Assembly (NCBI GenBank): GCA_009780415.1
Contig: WRAC01000005.1
Location: 14,835 to 78,834 of the forward strand
Direction of reading: 5' to 3'
From: Defluviitaleaceae bacterium
GTDB lineage: Bacteria; Bacillota; Clostridia; Lachnospirales; WRAX01
Length of the DNA: 64,000 nucleotides
The translations under genes and the position numbers were made by a program. How positions within the stretch are numbered: position 1 is the first letter of the stretch; each line of letters starts with the position of its first letter. The notes beneath the pieces were generated by a model. That model did no database searches, was not told the DNA's origin, and worked only from the letters and a program-made list of their open reading frames with translations. Shown here piece after piece: positions 58,717 to 64,000 of the stretch.

Positions 58717-59400
58717 ATGATGAGAAAAAACAACAGCGTTATTTTTAAGGGGCGGAAAGACGGCATCGTGATTTTGCTTGACCGGGACGTGGGCTTTGGT
58801 GAGATACGGGAAGCGCTGTCGAACAAGATGGCGGACGCTAAGGGTTTTTTCAGTGACGGGAAATCGGCTATAACCTTTAAGGGGCGTGAATTGAGCGATG
58901 ATGAGGAGCAGGAGCTTCTGGACATTATCGCCGCCCAGACGGATATGTCCATAACCTTCGCGCAAAGTGTGGGGGACGGTGACAACAGCCGCGTTGCCGT
59001 GACGGAGGACGCCAAAACGGACGAAACGGAGGCTTTGGCGCGGACTATTGAGTCTTTTGCCGAGAACAATACGCTTTTTAAGATCGACAGCCTGCGTTCG
59101 GGGCAAAGCCTATGTTTTGAGGGAAGCGTTGTGGTTATCGGCGACGTTAATCCCGGGGCGGAAATAATTGCCGAGGGTAACGTTGTTGTGCTGGGTAAGC
59201 TGCTTGGCGTCGCCCATGCCGGCTGTTCCGGCGTGGCGGATTGTTTTGTGGCGGCGTTAAGGCTCCAGCCCGTACAATTGCGGATTGGGGACAAAATCAC
59301 ATATTTCCCGAAAAGCTTCGCCAAGGATGATATGTATTCGAGGAAACCGCTCTACGCCTTTGTCAGGGATGAGCAGATCCATATAGCGCCGTTGATGTAA
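58717..59400 (+). CDS. minC: Septum site-determining protein MinC
   Basis: IFKGRKDG, LRSGQ and GDVNPGAEIIAEGNVVV motifs. Confidence 0.93.
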   Translation: MMRKNNSVIFKGRKDGIVILLDRDVGFGEIREALSNKMADAKGFFSDGKSAITFKGRELSDDEEQELLDIIAAQTDMSITFAQSVGDGDNSRVAVTEDAKTDETEALARTIESFAENNTLFKIDSLRSGQSLCFEGSVVVIGDVNPGAEIIAEGNVVVLGKLLGVAHAGCSGVADCFVAALRLQPVQLRIGDKITYFPKSFAKDDMYSRKPLYAFVRDEQIHIAPLM

Positions 59401-59423
59401 GAATAACATAATGAGGTGATAAA

Positions 59424-60239
59424 ATGGTAACACAAAAAAGCTCTTATCTTACCGAAAAAGCCAAGGACATACGCAGGGAGACCATTAAATGCATAGGGAA
59501 TCTGGGTGTTGGGCATATAGGGGGCTGTTTGTCCGTGGCGGAGGTTTTGTCGGTTCTTTATTTCGACGCCATGAAAATTGACCCGCAAAACCCTAAAATG
59601 CCTGACCGGGACAGGTTGATTGTGTCGAAGGGCCACGCGGGGCCGGCGGTTTATGCGGCGCTTGCGCTGCGCGGGTATTTTGGCGTTGAGGAATTGATGA
59701 CCTTGAACAAAAACGGCACCAGCCTGCCCAGCCATTGCGATATGAACAAGACCACGGGGATTGATATGACCACGGGTTCGCTGGGGCAGGGGTTCTCTAT
59801 CGCGACAGGCATGGCTCTGGGCGCGAAAATGGATAATCTGGGGATTACGATCTATACGATTATCGGGGACGGCGAAAGCCAGGAGGGGCAGATCTGGGAG
59901 GCGGCAATGTTTGCCGGGAACAGGAAGCTTGATAATCTGGTAGCGTTTACCGATAATAATAAGATCCAGCTTGACGGCTGGACGGGCGAAATAAACAGCC
60001 TGCATCCGCTGGAGGATAAATGGAAGGCCTTCGGCTGGCATGTACAGCATGTAGACGGGCATAACGCGCATGAGATAAGCCGGGCCATAACCTGCGCCAA
60101 AAGCGCTTTCGGTTTTCCGTCCATGATTATATTGGATACGGTAAAGGGCAGGGGCGCGTATTTTTCGGATAACAACCCGGATTCCCACAGCATGACCGTA
60201 ACGGAAGAAATGTGGCGCAAAGCCGTGGCAGAACTGTAA
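59424..60239 (+). CDS. Transketolase, N-terminal (TPP-binding) subunit
   Basis: GHIGGCLS, SKGHA, TGSLGQG and GDGESQEGQIWEA motifs. Confidence 0.92.
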   Translation: MVTQKSSYLTEKAKDIRRETIKCIGNLGVGHIGGCLSVAEVLSVLYFDAMKIDPQNPKMPDRDRLIVSKGHAGPAVYAALALRGYFGVEELMTLNKNGTSLPSHCDMNKTTGIDMTTGSLGQGFSIATGMALGAKMDNLGITIYTIIGDGESQEGQIWEAAMFAGNRKLDNLVAFTDNNKIQLDGWTGEINSLHPLEDKWKAFGWHVQHVDGHNAHEISRAITCAKSAFGFPSMIILDTVKGRGAYFSDNNPDSHSMTVTEEMWRKAVAEL

Positions 60240-60253
60240 AAGGGGTGAGTTTA

Positions 60254-61189
60254 ATGCTTGAGGAGAGAATGTTAAGGGACACATACTGTGATTTATTGAT
60301 AGAGCACGCAAAGGAAAACAAGAACATAGTCCTGCTTGACGCGGATTTGTCGAAGGCGGGGGGCTTGAAGCGTTTTATGGCGGCCTTCCCCGACAGGTTC
60401 ATTAACGTGGGCGTCGCCGAAGCGAACATGATTGGCATAGCGGCGGGCCTTTCGGCCATGGGTTGGATACCCTTCACGCACACCTTCACGCCCTTCGCCA
60501 CGCGCCGTGTATGCGACCAGGTTACGCTGTCCGTGGCTTATGCGGGGCTTAACGTGAAAATGGCGGGCAGCGACCCCGGCATCGCCGCCGAGCTGAACGG
60601 CGGGACGCATATGAGCCTTGAGGACGTCGCTATTATGCGCAACATCCCCGGCATGGTGATCTTTGAACCCGTTGACAGCGCGCAGTTGAAGAGCGTGTTC
60701 CCGCAGATCCTTAATTATGATGGCGGCTGCTATATCCGGCTGTTCAGGAAGAACGCCGTGAAGGTTTATGAGGACGGTACGGAATTTACGCTGGGGAAGG
60801 GGCATGTGATTAAATCCGGCAAGGATGTCACGATTATCGCTACGGGCATTATGGTTTCGGAGTCGGTTAAAGCCGCTGACGAACTGGAAAAGCTTGGCGT
60901 AAGCGCGGAACTTATCAACATCCACACCATAAAGCCGCTTGATACGGATTTGATTTTGAACAGCGCAAAGAAAACCGGAGCGGTTGTCGCGGCGGAGAAC
61001 CACAGCGTGGTAAACGGCTTGGGCAGCGCGGTTGCGGAGTTCCTGTCCGAGAATTTCCCCGTCCCCGTGAAGCGCATCGGCGTCAGGGACCGCTTCGGCG
61101 AGGTGGGCAAGACGGATTACCTTAAAACCATTATGAATATGCGGGCCGAAGATATTGTACAGGCTGCGCAATCGGTGATCAAGAGATGA
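60254..61189 (+). CDS. Transketolase, C-terminal subunit
   Basis: NVGVAEANM, NGGTHMSLED, HTIKPLD and ENHS motifs. Confidence 0.92.
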   Translation: MLEERMLRDTYCDLLIEHAKENKNIVLLDADLSKAGGLKRFMAAFPDRFINVGVAEANMIGIAAGLSAMGWIPFTHTFTPFATRRVCDQVTLSVAYAGLNVKMAGSDPGIAAELNGGTHMSLEDVAIMRNIPGMVIFEPVDSAQLKSVFPQILNYDGGCYIRLFRKNAVKVYEDGTEFTLGKGHVIKSGKDVTIIATGIMVSESVKAADELEKLGVSAELINIHTIKPLDTDLILNSAKKTGAVVAAENHSVVNGLGSAVAEFLSENFPVPVKRIGVRDRFGEVGKTDYLKTIMNMRAEDIVQAAQSVIKR

Positions 61190-62247
61190 GCGCGGAACAA
61201 ATAGCGGCCCGTTTCCGGCTGGACGGCTCCCCCGTGTACTGCGAGCGGTACGGGAGCGGGCATATAAACGATACGTATCTTGTGGTTACCGGCAAAAACC
61301 GGGAATATATTCTGCAAAAAATCAACAAATTTGTGTTTAAGGAGCCTGAGGCGGTTATGCGGAATATTGCCGCGGTTACGCGATTTTTGCGCGATAGCTG
61401 TGTTAGCGGCGGTTCCGTGCTGGCCCTTGTGCCGACTTATGAGGACACGGATTACTATGTGGATGGGGAAGGCGAATACTGGCGCGTTTATGACTATATC
61501 GCCGGCAGCCTGAACCTTGACCGCGCGGAAAGCCCCGCGGATTTTTACGAAAGCGGCGCGGCTTTCGGGCGTTTCCAGCAGGCCTTGTCGGATTTTGACG
61601 CGTCCACGCTGACGGAGACAATACCGCGCTTCCATGACACACCCAACCGTTTTACCCAGTTGAAGGAGGCCGTTGCAAAAGACGCGAAAAACCGCGTGAA
61701 GGACGCCGGTCCGGAGATTGCGTTTGCCTTGGCGCGGGAGGAATACGCGGCGACGCTGGTGCGGCTGCAAAAGGACGGTATATTGCCCCTGCGCGTGACG
61801 CATAATGATACTAAGCTGAATAATGTGCTGTTTAACGCGGATCGCAAGGCGATCTGCGTTATCGACCTGGATACGGTTATGCCCGGGCTGGCGGTGAACG
61901 ATTTCGGCGATTCAATCAGGTTTGGAGCGTCTACGGCGGCGGAGGACGAGCCGGATTTGTCGAAGGTGTCCCTCTCGCTTGAAATGTACGAGGCGTATAC
62001 GCGCGGCTTCTTGCAAAGCGGCGGCCTAACGGATGCCGAACGGGAGCATCTGCGCGACGGGGCAAAGATGATGACATTGGAATGCGGCGTGCGTTTCTTA
62101 ACGGATTACATAAACGGCGACGTCTATTTCCATACAGCGCGGGAAGGCCATAATATGGACCGCTGCCGCACGCAGTTCAAGCTGGTTGAAGATATGGAAC
62201 GGAAATGGGAAGATATGGAGCGTATTGTAGCGGAGGTGCGGAGATGA
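61186..62247 (+). CDS. APH-family phosphotransferase, N-acetylhexosamine 1-kinase-like
   Basis: GSGHINDTY, LQKIN, HNDTKLNN, VIDLDT and DFGDSIR motifs. Confidence 0.8.
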   Translation: MSAEQIAARFRLDGSPVYCERYGSGHINDTYLVVTGKNREYILQKINKFVFKEPEAVMRNIAAVTRFLRDSCVSGGSVLALVPTYEDTDYYVDGEGEYWRVYDYIAGSLNLDRAESPADFYESGAAFGRFQQALSDFDASTLTETIPRFHDTPNRFTQLKEAVAKDAKNRVKDAGPEIAFALAREEYAATLVRLQKDGILPLRVTHNDTKLNNVLFNADRKAICVIDLDTVMPGLAVNDFGDSIRFGASTAAEDEPDLSKVSLSLEMYEAYTRGFLQSGGLTDAEREHLRDGAKMMTLECGVRFLTDYINGDVYFHTAREGHNMDRCRTQFKLVEDMERKWEDMERIVAEVRR

Positions 62248-63263
62248 CGGTTTTTGTGGCGGGCGGCGCGGGTTATATCGGAAGCCATATGTGCATGGAG
62301 CTTTTGGGGCAGAATTACGATATCGTTGTGGCGGATAATTTCTCAAACAGCAAGCCTGAGGCGTTGAAGAGGATTAAAGAATTGTCGGGCAGGGATTTTC
62401 CGTTTTATGAGGCGGATTTATGCGATCCGAACGTTACCTCCGCGATATTTGAGAAGCATCAGATAGGCTGTGTTATCCATTTCGCCGGGTTGAAGGCCGT
62501 TGGCGAGTCCGTTAAATTCCCGGTTGAATACTATAATAATAATTTGATGTCCACAATATCCCTATGCGGCGCGATGAAACTCCACGGCGTTAATAATTTC
62601 ATTTTCTCATCCTCCGCCACCGTTTACAGGGGCGACAACGAGATGCCGCTGACAGAAAATTCCAAAACCGGCGATTGCTCAAATCCGTATGGCTGGACTA
62701 AATACATCTGCGAGCGGATTTTAAGGGACGCCGGCGCCGCTAACCCGGATTGGTCGGTTGTGCTGCTTCGTTACTTTAATGTAATCGGCGCGCATGAAAG
62801 CGGCAAGATAGGCGAGGATCCAATGGGTATCCCAAATAATATTTTACCCGCGATAGCCCAGACCGCCGTTGGGCGCATAGAGCGCCTGCCGGTTTACGGT
62901 ACGGACTATCCCACGCCTGACGGTACTTGCGTGCGTGATTATATCCATGTTACGGACTTGGTAAAGGGTCATGTCGCGGCGATAAAATACAGCGAAATCA
63001 ATACGGGCGTTGAGACGTTCAATCTCGGTACGGGGCGCGGCACAAGTAATTTTGAAATGATAACGGCGTTCGAGCGGGCCTCGGGCGTGAAGCTTCCCAC
63101 AAATATAACCGCGCGCCGCCCCGGTGATCTGCCGGTTAACTACACCTCCACCGAAAAAGCCGCGGAAAAACTGAAATGGCGCGCGGAAAAGACGGTTTCG
63201 GAGGCCTGCGCGGATGTCTGGCGCTGGCAGAGCCAAAATCCTCATGGATATGCACAGCCTTAG
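62244..63263 (+). CDS. galE: UDP-glucose 4-epimerase
   Basis: GGAGYIGSH, FAGLKAVGES, SSSATVY, YGWTK and RDYIHV motifs. Confidence 0.95.
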   Translation: MTVFVAGGAGYIGSHMCMELLGQNYDIVVADNFSNSKPEALKRIKELSGRDFPFYEADLCDPNVTSAIFEKHQIGCVIHFAGLKAVGESVKFPVEYYNNNLMSTISLCGAMKLHGVNNFIFSSSATVYRGDNEMPLTENSKTGDCSNPYGWTKYICERILRDAGAANPDWSVVLLRYFNVIGAHESGKIGEDPMGIPNNILPAIAQTAVGRIERLPVYGTDYPTPDGTCVRDYIHVTDLVKGHVAAIKYSEINTGVETFNLGTGRGTSNFEMITAFERASGVKLPTNITARRPGDLPVNYTSTEKAAEKLKWRAEKTVSEACADVWRWQSQNPHGYAQP

Positions 63264-64000
63264 CACCGATAAAATCCTTGTTTTTGACTCTTTGGAATCA
63301 ACAAACATAACCGCGAAGGAAATGGCGGCATCCGGGGCGTGTCACGGCACGGTGGTTATCGCGGAGCGGCAGTCCGCCGGGAAAGGCCGGATGGGGCGCG
63401 CGTTTTTCTCACCGCCCGGATGCGGGATATATATGAGCGTTGTCCTTTGCCCGGATTTGCTGGGGTTCGGCACGCCTTCGCTGGTTACCGCCCTCGCCGC
63501 CGTATGCGTGTGCGAATCCATCGAGCAAATGTGCGGCAAAGAGCCGCGCATAAAATGGGTAAACGATATATTCTTGGACGGCAAAAAGATATGCGGCATA
63601 TTAACGGAGGCGGTTACAAATCCTGGCGGCCGCATTGAACGTGTTGTTCTCGGCGTAGGCGTAAACTTCAGCACGCCTGAAACGGATTTCCCCCCGAATT
63701 TACAGCAAACCGCAGGTTCGATATTCCCGAACGGAAATCCGCCCGTAACGCGCCCGCAGTTTGCCGCCGATATCATAAATCGTATAATAAAACCCCCGGA
63801 GCCTCCAAGCACGGCAACTATGCTTGGAAAATATAAGAAACGCATGATGATGCTGGGGAGCAGGATCACGGTTTCCGGGACGGGTGAAGCCTTTGAAGCA
63901 ACGGCTGTTGATATAGACGACGCGGGCCGTCTGATAGTTAAGACTGACAGAGGTGATATAATTAAATTAACATCGGGCGATATAAGCATAAGAGAAGGTT
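63244..64000 (+). CDS. birA: Biotin--protein ligase without HTH (stop lies beyond the window end)
   Basis: Not in the ORF track. Hand translation gives ...SLESTN...AERQSAGKGRMGRAFFSP...IKWVNDIFLDGKKICGILTE...SGDISIR. Confidence 0.92.
   Translation, partial: MDMHSLSTDKILVFDSLESTNITAKEMAASGACHGTVVIAERQSAGKGRMGRAFFSPPGCGIYMSVVLCPDLLGFGTPSLVTALAAVCVCESIEQMCGKEPRIKWVNDIFLDGKKICGILTEAVTNPGGRIERVVLGVGVNFSTPETDFPPNLQQTAGSIFPNGNPPVTRPQFAADIINRIIKPPEPPSTATMLGKYKKRMMMLGSRITVSGTGEAFEATAVDIDDAGRLIVKTDRGDIIKLTSGDISIREG

Noticed and set aside
61186-62247. Aminoglycoside resistance kinase
   Set aside because: Motifs and linkage to galE fit a sugar (N-acetylhexosamine) kinase.

Overview
Chromosomal window from a flagellated anaerobic Bacillota (Clostridia-like), probably origin-proximal (dnaX-ybaB-recR plus a parS-like site). 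Housekeeping blocks: glgA, mbl-flgF/G-flgG-flgJ-recD2, thrS with a Thr T-box, rlmD, csp, ddl-murI-mreBCD-pbp2-minC, transketolase-kinase-galE-birA. Accessory content: (i) a butyryl-CoA/Bcd-Etf gene set that lacks crotonase, carries a KamB/KamC-like (MutS-ATPase) B12-enzyme reactivase pair with no B12 mutase nearby, and is split by a kinase/HD-GYP/orphan cassette; (ii) a soluble [FeFe]-hydrogenase-like/chemoreceptor fusion; (iii) an Eis-like acetyltransferase placed between the Thr T-box and thrS; (iv) an SGNH-UroD-family-corrinoid operon; (v) two hybrid-kinase phosphorelays that end in c-di-GMP enzymes; (vi) dispersed GTAG-type REP hairpins, two of which supply stop codons. No rRNA, tRNA, CRISPR array, transposase or phage genes were seen. 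All calls come from motif reading only; no searches were run.
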